Assembly: GCA_050293845.1 (NCBI GenBank)
Contig: JBNKNM010000016.1
Location: 1 to 61,467, forward strand
Length of the DNA stretch: 61,467 bases
Direction of reading: 5' to 3'
Origin: Pseudobacteriovorax sp.
GTDB lineage: Bacteria > Bdellovibrionota_B > Oligoflexia > Oligoflexales > Oligoflexaceae
Below are positions 19,331 through 28,208 of the stretch, piece by piece. Below the pieces are notes generated by a model, which searched no databases, was not told the DNA's origin, and worked only from the letters and a program-made list of their open reading frames with translations. The first letter of the stretch is position 1; every line of letters starts with the position of its first letter. Both the position numbers and the translations under genes were made by a program.

Positions 19331-19729
19331 CTATAGGGCCTTTCTTAATTCACCAATAGCGTCGAGCATGCTAAAAATCTGATTCAATATTTCAGGCTTA
19401 TCCATCATTTTATTTGGAATTTCACGATCTACTTTTGGAAGATAAACATCCCACCAAATCCATTCATCAAAGGGTAGTTTTGTTTTCCAGCAAAAGAGCT
19501 CTAGAGCTGCCCTAGGTAGTTCTGATGAGCCTGTCTCCCAGTTTTGCCAAGTCCTACGGGGAACAGAGACGACTCTTGCAGCATCTTCTTGTCGTTTGAA
19601 TCCTGCTGTATGACGGATTAGTTTTAGAAATTCGGCTTCCTTGGATATGCGAAACAGCCGTTCCCCTTTTGTTTCTTCGTTTTTGCTATAAAGCTTTCTA
19701 AGTTCTTTTAGTTGTTCTTTTCGATCCAC
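19331..19729 (-). CDS. XRE-family HTH regulator (candidate repressor)
   Basis: 'IRHTAGFKRQEDAARVVSVPRRTWQNWETG...P'; AGGAG RBS; divergent from the promoter at 19818. Confidence 0.8.
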   Translation of the reverse strand: MDRKEQLKELRKLYSKNEETKGERLFRISKEAEFLKLIRHTAGFKRQEDAARVVSVPRRTWQNWETGSSELPRAALELFCWKTKLPFDEWIWWDVYLPKVDREIPNKMMDKPEILNQIFSMLDAIGELRKAL

Positions 19730-19817
19730 AAGAAGCTCCTTTTATTTAAAAACGACACTCTCAGGTGCAAGATAGTACACAAATATAGATATTTAAAGCA
19801 CCAATATTACTTTTTAA

Positions 19818-19845
19818 TTGACTAAATGCACTAATATGGTATGTT
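19818..19845 (+). promoter_or_regulatory. Sigma70-like promoter with operator in the spacer
   Basis: TTGACT-16-TATGTT with TG extension; spacer contains TGCACTAATATGG. Confidence 0.65.
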
Positions 19846-19850
19846 TTAGG

Positions 19851-19968
19851 TGTCTTGGAAATACCAGGATATAGGGCAGTCGGGTATAGTCCCCGACGTT
19901 GGTTCAAAATTCCGGGGAATTGCGTTTAGATTCACGCAATGAAAGCAAGCGAACCCCTGTTGCTTCCG
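19851..19968 (+). ncRNA. Putative structured small RNA, copy 1
   Basis: Stems GTCTTGG/CCAGGAT, GTCGGG/CCCGAC, ATTGCGT/ACGCAAT, AAGCAA/TTGCTT; the first two covary with copy 2. Confidence 0.6.
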
Positions 19969-20024
19969 CATGTTCGTAAAAAAGTGCAAAAAAGGAAATT
20001 CCTTTGATGCACATTAAAAAAAGT

Positions 20025-20708
20025 TTAGTGAGTCACTCTTTCGATCTTAGTTACTGCTTTTAAGTCGGAAAGTATTTCCACAACGGGAGAGCGTTTTATA
20101 ACCTCCGCAAGCCGGTCGATATAGTCGCTCATATCTTCATGCGTTTGAACATTGGGCGCGAGTTTTGTCACAATATGCTTGAACTCTACGACCTTTTCAT
20201 AGAAAGCGTCTTTGGTCCCATTGAAGAATAATTCTTTTAACTCGTCAGCAAATTGTTTCCCGAGGTAGTCAACAAACTCTAATAAATCATCTGTGATCAT
20301 TGAGAATTGAGAAGTGCGCTTGGAATCATTGCATGAGAAAATAGTGCGTCTAAAACCATCTCTATAACCATCAAGTAGGATGCTTATGGTGCATTCCTCG
20401 CCTTTCATTTCAAAACTGTCTCCGACAATCATTGTCATACGCTCGGCAAAATCGCGAGGGACGATGACAGTATAGCCTCTTAAGTATTCACGTTTATCAA
20501 TTTGACATTCTATGTGCTTTAGGGACGCATGTTTCACATCATAGCTCTCATCGAAAAATGGGAACCTATAGCGTGTTTTACTTCTAAAGAGACTGTGGGC
20601 ATCGCTCTGATTCTTTTCAAGCTGCACGATTCTTTTAACTTCCTGGTAGGTGGCGTACTGAGAGTCACAAGTACCTAGTTTTGTTCCATTGCTGGTGTAT
20701 TCACCCAT
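20025..20708 (-). CDS. Hypothetical protein
   Basis: AAGGA RBS; leftward promoter TTGACT(20808)-17-TACATT; N-terminal 'MGEY...KLGTCD..Y'. Confidence 0.7.
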   Translation of the reverse strand: MGEYTSNGTKLGTCDSQYATYQEVKRIVQLEKNQSDAHSLFRSKTRYRFPFFDESYDVKHASLKHIECQIDKREYLRGYTVIVPRDFAERMTMIVGDSFEMKGEECTISILLDGYRDGFRRTIFSCNDSKRTSQFSMITDDLLEFVDYLGKQFADELKELFFNGTKDAFYEKVVEFKHIVTKLAPNVQTHEDMSDYIDRLAEVIKRSPVVEILSDLKAVTKIERVTH

Positions 20709-20779
20709 GATTTATTCCTTTCTTCCCGCCTAGTTACGGGTTTTTATCGCGGTTACAACCGCCGTTCTTCGATATACAT

Positions 20780-20865
20780 AATGTACTAAAACAGTGCATT
20801 TAAGTCAAATAAAAAAACTATAAAAGTGCATTTAGTATTGACAGTAAGCACTAAAATGGTATTAT
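20780..20865. promoter_or_regulatory. Divergent sigma70-like promoter pair with repeated TGCACT-N5-(A/G)GT operators
   Basis: Rightward TTGACA(20838)-16-TATTAT; leftward TTGACT-17-TACATT; dyad AATGTACT-AAAAC-AGTGCATT at 20780-20800. Confidence 0.7.
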
Positions 20866-20870
20866 TAGAA

Positions 20871-20933
20871 TGTTCCAGAAATACTGGGATCTGGGTGATC
20901 AGGTATAGCCCCTGATTTGGTTTCAAGTTCCGG
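20871..20933 (+). ncRNA. Putative structured RNA or leader, copy 2
   Basis: Stems GTTCCAG/CTGGGAT and ATCAGG/CCTGAT with the same AAATA and TATAG loops as copy 1. Confidence 0.6.
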
Positions 20934-21094
20934 AGGGGTATGGGTAAAAAAAATAATAGTCATGTAATATTAGCTAATTGCACAAATTCAACAACAGCAA
21001 TTAATTATCATAATGTTAATTAATTATCGACATGAACCGATAAGGGAAGTATAGTCCCCAATCGGAAGAAAAACCGAAAGGGAAAGGCAATAAA

Positions 21095-21463
21095 TTGGAA
21101 GGAATACAAACAGCCCTGCTTTTCAGTTGGACCTTGGAGATTGACCACAATGATAGGAACGATCCCGACAAAATTGCTCGATATAACATAGGTAGGCAAA
21201 GAGCGATACTACTACAAGAAAAAGCGCAACCTTTTGCCATTCAGAATCTTGAAAATGAGCAGCTGTGTTCCTACGTACTAGAGCTGAGTGAGGATGATTT
21301 GGTCAGGGGGATGCCTAGTACAACGCGTTTTGAATACCTTTGTGGAAAGCGAAATAAAGATGGTGAGTATGAGGTTTTTGCATATATCTGGTTTGATAGC
21401 TTAGAGTCGGTGAAAACATATGCCACAAGCCATGGAATGAGAGTCTTGGGCGGTTGGAATTAA
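21095..21463 (+). CDS. Hypothetical protein, toxin-like position before an HTH gene
   Basis: ORF track; operon arrangement. Confidence 0.5.
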   Translation: MEGIQTALLFSWTLEIDHNDRNDPDKIARYNIGRQRAILLQEKAQPFAIQNLENEQLCSYVLELSEDDLVRGMPSTTRFEYLCGKRNKDGEYEVFAYIWFDSLESVKTYATSHGMRVLGGWN

Positions 21464-21472
21464 GAGATAGGA

Positions 21473-21871
21473 ATGAATATGAAAACATTTACAGCATATG
21501 AAAAAGTAGGAAAGTTTGAGGTGGATCTAAGGCCGGCCCTTACTGAGAAGGGATCTATTGATCTTCGTGCCGCAAACAAACTATATCGAGAGCTAGCTCT
21601 TAAGATAATCGCACGTGAATTTAGCCCAACGCTTGAGGAAAAGAAAATCTACTTTGATTTCTTCTGTAACATTTCTGCTCTGTCAGTAAAAGAAATAGCT
21701 GACTATTTAAGAGTTGCTACACCGCAAATTAGTCGATGGCGTAGAGATGAGAAGGCAGACATTTCCAAAGCAGCATGGGTAGCTATATGCTCATTCTTTG
21801 CTGATTATTTCATTCATGGAAAAGTGACTAACCCGGCATTTTCTCGGCAAGAGGTTGTTATTCGGGCTTAG
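21473..21871 (+). CDS. C-terminal HTH protein, antitoxin-like
   Basis: 'LSVKEIADYLRVATPQISRWRRDE'. Confidence 0.7.
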   Translation: MNMKTFTAYEKVGKFEVDLRPALTEKGSIDLRAANKLYRELALKIIAREFSPTLEEKKIYFDFFCNISALSVKEIADYLRVATPQISRWRRDEKADISKAAWVAICSFFADYFIHGKVTNPAFSRQEVVIRA

Positions 21872-21884
21872 ACGCATGATTATG

Positions 21885-22142
21885 TCAAAGAAATTTTTTC
21901 TTAACTGCATCGAAACCTGCAGCAACAGCTTCTTTTCCTATCGCGTAGACAGCAAGTGCAACTAGCAATGCAATCGCTACATACAGAACTAAGGTATGTT
22001 CTTTAGTGATAGAATACTTCATCAAACTGAGATAGAAATAAAATCCTATGTAGGCGATACAAACGATGAATAACAGGAATGACATCACAATTTTAGCTAA
22101 AAGCTCAATAAAAATTTCGAAAGTCTGCTTTCGTCTAGCCAC
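21885..22142 (-). CDS. Small multi-TM membrane protein
   Basis: Two to three hydrophobic helices; GTG at 22142 abuts the upstream stop with GAGG nearby (start inferred). Confidence 0.55.
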   Translation of the reverse strand: MARRKQTFEIFIELLAKIVMSFLLFIVCIAYIGFYFYLSLMKYSITKEHTLVLYVAIALLVALAVYAIGKEAVAAGFDAVKKKFL

Positions 22143-22449
22143 GATTGTAGTACACCTCTTCGAGATTCTTGCTGGTGTCAAACCAACCACATTCATGGCC
22201 AGATATACATTCAAGTTTCTCGGGAACCTGGAATTTGTAATCGTATTTTTCAACGATGTTGTGACATATGGGGCATACTATAATGTACTGTTTTTTAAGT
22301 AAGTAGAAACGATTGGCGCTTTCAAGCCAAAACTTTGATGCACCGGTACTAATGCCGAAAATTTCTTTGACATATTGCGGACGAATAAAGTCTTTAGACT
22401 TAGCATCTAATTTCTTAAAATCATTAGTTATTGTTTTGAACAAGCTCAT
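22135..22449 (-). CDS. Small Zn-ribbon protein
   Basis: CPICH...C..GHE; overlaps the 3' end of 22424..23380. Confidence 0.65.
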   Translation of the reverse strand: MSLFKTITNDFKKLDAKSKDFIRPQYVKEIFGISTGASKFWLESANRFYLLKKQYIIVCPICHNIVEKYDYKFQVPEKLECISGHECGWFDTSKNLEEVYYNRG

Positions 22450-23380
22450 TTACAAACCATTCTTGACTTTCATCGGAAATCCGATCGACCGATACATAGC
22501 CGTTATCGGCATCGATTGTAAAGTAATGAATTTCCCTTGGGTTTGAATTATAGTCTCCATCAATCCAAAACCATCTGCCTTTTCCTATTTTGGCGGAAAT
22601 CAGGGTTTTATCCAAGTGCCATTCTTTGGCAGTAAACGCTGGACCATTCTCCGGTTTATATTTCGTAAATGTTGCGAAACCAGTTCCCTGGGGTGTTTCA
22701 TATCCTGTAGATATCGAAGCTAGCTTGTCATTTTGAATTAGGTATTTAAGACCAGATGTTAGATTGCAACGTTCTAGAGGTTGTTCAACAAGTGGTGAGA
22801 TCAATTGAGCAATTACACTATCTGCGAGAACAGGACTATCAATACCCTTACCATGAATCAATATGTTATTGCCATCTGGGCGAGTATGCCTGGTAGATAA
22901 ATCAAATTTTGTAGTCCTAACACAGCAATGGTTTAATCCTAAAAAATAAATTTCAAACGGAAATGGAAAACTCATTATCTGCATATCGCCATTAATAAGT
23001 CCGTTTTCATTCACATTTTGATAGTTAAAATTGTTTTTAGCTAGACAACGAATTCTTCCAGAAGAGTCTATGAATAGAGATTCAAGCTCAGGTATATTTG
23101 AAGTGTCGAAAATAGATATTTGGTTGTTAATCCTCTGTTCGAAGCCTGACGAAAATGGATCTGTAGATTCGTAGATGTAAAAACGTTGATGAGTAGAATC
23201 GAAATTGTCAAACAGCATTCCTATCAAATTTTCTGTAGAGACATTGTCGCAAATAAATCTTGCCCGATCTAAATTCTTTCTAGCTTTAAATGTTGGGTTA
23301 ATATCTTTGCTCATCCTTGTAAGTTGAATACGGCCAAAGCAATGATCTAAGGTTTCGATAAGTTCAATATCTCTAAACAC
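22424..23380 (-). CDS. Hypothetical 318-aa accessory protein (moron position next to cos)
   Basis: Long AT-rich ORF opposite to the late operon. Confidence 0.7.
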   Translation of the reverse strand: MFRDIELIETLDHCFGRIQLTRMSKDINPTFKARKNLDRARFICDNVSTENLIGMLFDNFDSTHQRFYIYESTDPFSSGFEQRINNQISIFDTSNIPELESLFIDSSGRIRCLAKNNFNYQNVNENGLINGDMQIMSFPFPFEIYFLGLNHCCVRTTKFDLSTRHTRPDGNNILIHGKGIDSPVLADSVIAQLISPLVEQPLERCNLTSGLKYLIQNDKLASISTGYETPQGTGFATFTKYKPENGPAFTAKEWHLDKTLISAKIGKGRWFWIDGDYNSNPREIHYFTIDADNGYVSVDRISDESQEWFVNELVQNNN

Positions 23381-23617
23381 TAGTGTCTCATCCTATTGTA
23401 TTAAGTTACAAGTTTTACCAGAGTTCGGGCAGCCATTGAAGTACTAAAAGTCAAATTAAATCTATTTTTCAAAACAAGTTCTAGCGACTACGTAATTCCT
23501 GTCTATTGTAAAATTTTTTCAAAGAAGTATTGACTCTACCTATTGGGAAATTGTATATTTCGTTCGTCCTTTTCTTATCGTGCGTAATGCATGATATGTC
23601 AATACCATCAGCTTTTT

Positions 23618-23810
23618 GGGTCCTTCTGACGTCCAAGAGACTTAGCTGAATGGTTCAGCAAACTCCCTCTCTCAATTTTTAAAAATAATTTGGGGCAACA
23701 ACGCAACAAGCCTTATTTTGGTTAGTTTAGCCATTTACTTTGCTGTAAAAGGCTTTTCGTGAATTTTAGGCTTAGAAATGTTGTTGCAAATTGAGAGTTT
23801 GGGGCAACAA
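23618..23810 (+). other. Lambda-like cos packaging site (cosQ, cosN and cosB candidates)
   Basis: GGGTCCT at 23618; dyad GCTGAA-TGG-TTCAGC at 23645-23659; TTTGGGGCAACAA at 23689 and 23798; inverted TTGTTGC at 23781. Confidence 0.6.
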
Positions 23811-24413
23811 ATCTTGGATAAATACGTCACTCAGGCAGAATTTGCAAAAATCATTGATGTGAATCGTAGTACGGTTCTCAGGGTAATTGAAAAAGACACT
23901 CGCCTTTCTGATGCTATCGCTGAAAAGGATGGGAAAATCCTGATTCACTTGGTCCGCGGGATACTTGGCTGGTACAACAAAGCGGATCTCAGAAAGGATC
24001 GTGGAGATCACCAGGAATCAAAAAATAAAAGTGTTACTATAAACGGTGAGAAAATACTTACTATTGCTGAATCCAATGCAATAGATCGCCACTACACAGC
24101 TTTAACAAAGAAGGTTGAATTCTTCCAAACAACAGGCCAGCTCATGAGTGCCGAGAAGTTTCTAAAGGAAGCCTTTGATGCAGCGCGTACTACAAGGGAT
24201 GCAGTGTTATACATTCCACAAAAATCATCACCTGAGATAAAAAGTATCCTCATCGACTACACAAAAAAAATGCTAGAACTTGAGATTCTTCCTGAATCCA
24301 AGCGTGATCAAGTGGACAAACTTGTAATGGAAATTAGAGCTTTGTTGAAGTCAAACTTAATTGCTGCATTAAGGGAACTTTCTGAAGAAAACCTAAGGAA
24401 GCGAGCGGATTGA
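23778..24413 (+). CDS. Terminase small subunit (Nu1-like)
   Basis: N-terminal HTH 'VTQAEFAKIIDVNRSTV', 'G.L...E......RD..L.IP'; overlaps the large subunit. Confidence 0.8.
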   Translation: MLLQIESLGQQILDKYVTQAEFAKIIDVNRSTVLRVIEKDTRLSDAIAEKDGKILIHLVRGILGWYNKADLRKDRGDHQESKNKSVTINGEKILTIAESNAIDRHYTALTKKVEFFQTTGQLMSAEKFLKEAFDAARTTRDAVLYIPQKSSPEIKSILIDYTKKMLELEILPESKRDQVDKLVMEIRALLKSNLIAALRELSEENLRKRAD

Positions 24414-26290
24414 TTGACAGTCAAGAGTTTGAGGTGGTCTCTGTTTTCGATATCTGGGCTCACTTGGCTACGCTCCAGTCCATGTTTTGGAAAGGTGCAA
24501 AGCCAAACGAAGATATCTCAATAAAGGAGCATGCTAGCAAAAACCTCTATTTAGTATCAGGGAAAAACCCCTTTCCAGGACTGATAAACTTGGAATTGAC
24601 TCCCTATCTTATCGCCATCCTCGATGCGTTGATGCCAGATAACGGAATCGAAAAGGTCGTGCTTATGAAAGGCTGGCAAACAGGTGGAACACTCACCGCC
24701 CTAGCCTGGATGCTTTGGGTCATGGATATTTCACCGACCTCGATGCTCATTGTTCAACCCAACGACGAATTGAGGAATCGTTTTTCCAAGCAAAGAATAG
24801 AACCGATCACTGCGAATTGCCGTTCCTTGAGGGGAAAGATTAAGGAAATGCAGGATAATTCGGTTGCTAAAAGTAAAGAAAAAAGCACTCTTATTACCAA
24901 AGTTTTTCCCGGCGGCTTTCTAAATCTGGGAACCTCTCGTGCGGCATCGTCTTTACGCTCAGATAGTGTGCAATATATTGTTTTCGATGAAGTTTCTGCT
25001 TACGATGAAGACTGTCAGGGTGAAGGCGATCCATGTGGTATTGCCCTGGGTCGGACCTCAACTTTTGAGGGTAGGAAAAAAATATTCTACATCTCAACTC
25101 CCAAGATTAAAGGGATGTGCAGGATCGAAGAGGAATATGATCTTTCTGACAAACGTCGACTTTTCTTTCCTTGTTTTAATTGTGGTGAAGATCAGGTTTT
25201 GGAATGGAGCAGGATCGATATTTCTGGTGATGATCCTGTATATCTGTGCATTAAGTGCCAATACCGTCACCATGAGGAAGAAAAGCCAGAAATACTAAAA
25301 CTAGCCAGATGGCTACCTACCGCCGAACCGAAAGAGAAGGGAATTATTGGCTTCCACTTGCCTGCCCTATATGCCCCTCTTGGGATGTATTCTTGGAAGT
25401 CAGCCCTCAAGCAATATAAAAAAGGCCTTACTAACCCCCAAGAGCAAAAGGTATTCATTAACAACATAGAAGGCCTTCCATGGGAAGATAGATCGATTAA
25501 GGTCCTAGACCCTGATGACATAATGTCATTAACCGAGGAATACTATTTTGGCCCCCAAGATATTCTACCTGAAGGCATAGGACTCATCACCGCCGGAGTG
25601 GACACCCACCCCTCTCATGTTGATATCGTTGTTAGGGGGTGGGGCCGAGACCTTGAAAACTGGGTGTTAGACCACGTGGTCATAGACGGAGACGCCAACT
25701 CTGAGGAGCTTTGGTATCGCGTCTACCATATTCTCACGCAAACCTACAATCATCACACAGGAACAAAATTAGGAATTGCAACAACCTGCATCGATTCGGG
25801 TGGGCAGAATACGGAAGCGGTATATGAGTTCTGCAGGGGGCGACTAGAAGAAATGATACTTGCTATAAAGGGAGCTCAGAGAAGAGCTTCGCCAGTAATA
25901 GATAAACCATCTTTAGTGAAAGAAGGTACATGCCATCTTTTTCCTGTAGGTAAAGAGGTGACCCATGGCCGACTTTTTTCTTCAATTAATCAATCACTTA
26001 AAAGAGTTATGAAGATGAAAGAAATGCTTGAGGAAGAAGATAAGGTGATTCCATATGCTGGCCCTCAGGTAATGCACTTCCATCATGAGCTTAGTGAAAA
26101 ATTTTTCAAAGAGTTGACTGGTCCCAAAGCAAAGTGGGCCAAAAGTGGGGGCAAATGGGTTCAGGTATACGAAGGTACAAAAGAGGATCATGCCCATGAT
26201 GCTATGCGGTATGCTGATGCAGCCTTTTGTTTTCTAGATCTTGATATTAACCGTATTTGCGATGAGCGAGATGGAGTAAATGTAGCTTGA
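24410..26290 (+). CDS. Terminase large subunit, lambda GpA family
   Basis: 'TPYL..ILD', 'KGWQTGGT', 'FDEVSAY', 'ISTP', 'ITAGVDT', 'IDSGG', 'HD..RYA.AA'. Confidence 0.95.
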   Translation: MIDSQEFEVVSVFDIWAHLATLQSMFWKGAKPNEDISIKEHASKNLYLVSGKNPFPGLINLELTPYLIAILDALMPDNGIEKVVLMKGWQTGGTLTALAWMLWVMDISPTSMLIVQPNDELRNRFSKQRIEPITANCRSLRGKIKEMQDNSVAKSKEKSTLITKVFPGGFLNLGTSRAASSLRSDSVQYIVFDEVSAYDEDCQGEGDPCGIALGRTSTFEGRKKIFYISTPKIKGMCRIEEEYDLSDKRRLFFPCFNCGEDQVLEWSRIDISGDDPVYLCIKCQYRHHEEEKPEILKLARWLPTAEPKEKGIIGFHLPALYAPLGMYSWKSALKQYKKGLTNPQEQKVFINNIEGLPWEDRSIKVLDPDDIMSLTEEYYFGPQDILPEGIGLITAGVDTHPSHVDIVVRGWGRDLENWVLDHVVIDGDANSEELWYRVYHILTQTYNHHTGTKLGIATTCIDSGGQNTEAVYEFCRGRLEEMILAIKGAQRRASPVIDKPSLVKEGTCHLFPVGKEVTHGRLFSSINQSLKRVMKMKEMLEEEDKVIPYAGPQVMHFHHELSEKFFKELTGPKAKWAKSGGKWVQVYEGTKEDHAHDAMRYADAAFCFLDLDINRICDERDGVNVA

Positions 26291-26496
26291 AAAGTTTAAT
26301 AGAACAACTAGAGTCGGTCCAAAAAGCAATTGAATCGGCTGAAAAAAATCAAGAGTACGAGTGGGAAACAAAGTCCTCAAGGAGGAAACACCGAAAGGCT
26401 GATTTAGCTGTTTTATATAAAAGAGAAGAGAGGCTTCTAGCGCTGATAGCTAGAGAAGAAAGAGGAAGCATAATTCAAGGAGTACCATCACGATGA
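26287..26496 (+). CDS. Head-tail joining protein (lambda gpW-like)
   Basis: Between terminase and portal; 'QL..VQ.AI......QEY......R...ADL..L..RE..L'. Confidence 0.8.
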   Translation: MKSLIEQLESVQKAIESAEKNQEYEWETKSSRRKHRKADLAVLYKREERLLALIAREERGSIIQGVPSR

Positions 26497-27980
26497 GCTA
26501 TTCACAGACAAGATCGGGAATCTATGTTCCCTCATCGATGGAGGTTCCTTACAAGTCCACCGACTTAGATAACCCGATTTTTGAAAACTGGCGACCATTT
26601 TCCGGTGACCCCGATGAAGCTCTTGCGGAGAGCAGGGAGCAGCTTAGAGATCAAGCGCGAGATCTTGATCGCAACGATTCTATTGCTCATGGAGCCATTG
26701 AAAATATTGTTGGAAACGTTGTAGGAGAAGGGTTGTGGCCTCAAGCGAAACTTAACCACAAGCTACTCGGCATTACTGAACAAGAGGCAAGAAATTTTGA
26801 AGTTAAAGCGGAAACCTTCTTTAGAGTTTACGCTGAGAAGACGTATTTCGATTTTCAAAGAATATCTAGTTTTCCCGAGCAGCAGGTACAGGTTTTAACC
26901 TCTCAGCTTATAGATGGAGACACTTTTGCTATTCGCCGATTTAAAGAACACTCCAATGCAATTTTTGGAACTTGTATACAGCTCATAAGTGCATCACGTG
27001 TGACAAATCCTTGGAACTATAATTTTGAAAAGGATATCGTTGACGGAATAGAGTTCAATAAAGATGGTGAACCAATTGCTTATCACATAAAAAATCGGAC
27101 AAATAGAGATCTTTTGGATATTGAAACAAAACGAATTCCAAGATATATTGATAATGAGCAACATCAAAATAAACTTCAGGTTCTCCACCTGTACAATAAG
27201 CGTTACCCGTCGCAAAGTAGGGGAGAACCACTTTTAGCTCCCGCCATCGAAAAGTTTAAGCAGCTATCACGCTACTCAGAAGCTGAGCTTGCCGCCGCCG
27301 TACTCAACGCATTTTTTACAGCTTTTGTAACCACTGAAACAGGTAAGGGAGTACTGCCAAGTAGGGAGGAAAGGTCGGTTGCTGGGTTAGTTGACTACAA
27401 GAAACCTGCTCCTAAAAGAAGCAAGTCAAAATTTGGACCGATGACGATTTTTAATCTCCTGCCAGGTGAGAAAGTTGATACCTCGACACCAGGGAGGCCT
27501 TCCCCGCAATTTGATCTTTTTGTGAACTCCGTTCTTAAGCAAATAGGTCCCTCTATTGGTCTACCTTATGAAGTACTGACCCAGCATTTTTCCTCATCTT
27601 ACTCTGCTGCAAGAGCTGCATTGTTGCAGGCATGGAAGTTTTTCAAAATTAGGCGAAAGTGGCTAATCTTAGGTTTTTGTCAACCCACTTACGAATGGGT
27701 TATCGAAGAGGCAATTATGCGAGGTATGCTAGAAGCTCCAGGTTTTTTTGAAGATCCGTTAAAACGTGCGCTCTATCTTCAAACAGAATGGATAGGATCG
27801 GAAATGCCGTCGATTGATCGCTCTAAGGATGCCAAAGCTGACAAGACTGATCTTGAGAACCGAACAACTTCACGTCGTCAGATCATCGAGTCTAGGGGAA
27901 AAGATCCAGATAAAATTGCTAGTGAGTTAAAAAAAGAAGAAGAAAACCATCCTCGAAAAAATCAGAAAAATAATATATAA
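26493..27980 (+). CDS. Portal protein, lambda family
   Basis: 'LR.QARDL.RND..A.GAI......VVG.GL', 'Q.RG.P.LAP', 'SYSAARAAL', 'ID..KDA.A'. Confidence 0.95.
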   Translation: MSYSQTRSGIYVPSSMEVPYKSTDLDNPIFENWRPFSGDPDEALAESREQLRDQARDLDRNDSIAHGAIENIVGNVVGEGLWPQAKLNHKLLGITEQEARNFEVKAETFFRVYAEKTYFDFQRISSFPEQQVQVLTSQLIDGDTFAIRRFKEHSNAIFGTCIQLISASRVTNPWNYNFEKDIVDGIEFNKDGEPIAYHIKNRTNRDLLDIETKRIPRYIDNEQHQNKLQVLHLYNKRYPSQSRGEPLLAPAIEKFKQLSRYSEAELAAAVLNAFFTAFVTTETGKGVLPSREERSVAGLVDYKKPAPKRSKSKFGPMTIFNLLPGEKVDTSTPGRPSPQFDLFVNSVLKQIGPSIGLPYEVLTQHFSSSYSAARAALLQAWKFFKIRRKWLILGFCQPTYEWVIEEAIMRGMLEAPGFFEDPLKRALYLQTEWIGSEMPSIDRSKDAKADKTDLENRTTSRRQIIESRGKDPDKIASELKKEEENHPRKNQKNNI

Positions 27981-28115
27981 AGAATATAATAATAATTTTT
28001 TTTTGCTTTTCGCACGCACAGATATCTTTAAATCTGTGCTATTTCTTTCTTCAAATATTAATAATTTTAATATAAAACTGATTAGAATTTGTTTAATAAC
28101 ATTCAGTAGTTATCT

Positions 28116-28149
28116 TGGCGCAGGCATCAACATTTGTCTGCGCCTTTTT
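28116..28149 (+). terminator. Intrinsic terminator-like hairpin between the portal and protease genes
   Basis: GGCGCAGGCA/TGTCTGCGCC stem followed by a T-run. Confidence 0.55.
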
Positions 28150-28208
28150 CTATCCTTCAGGAGACGAACGCCGTAACATATTTTTTTCTCCGCTCATAGG
28201 CACAATTT

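Noticed and set aside
19851..19920. tRNA gene, suggested by GGTTCAAAATTCC
   Set aside because: No acceptor stem, D-arm or CCA geometry; kept as an unknown structured RNA
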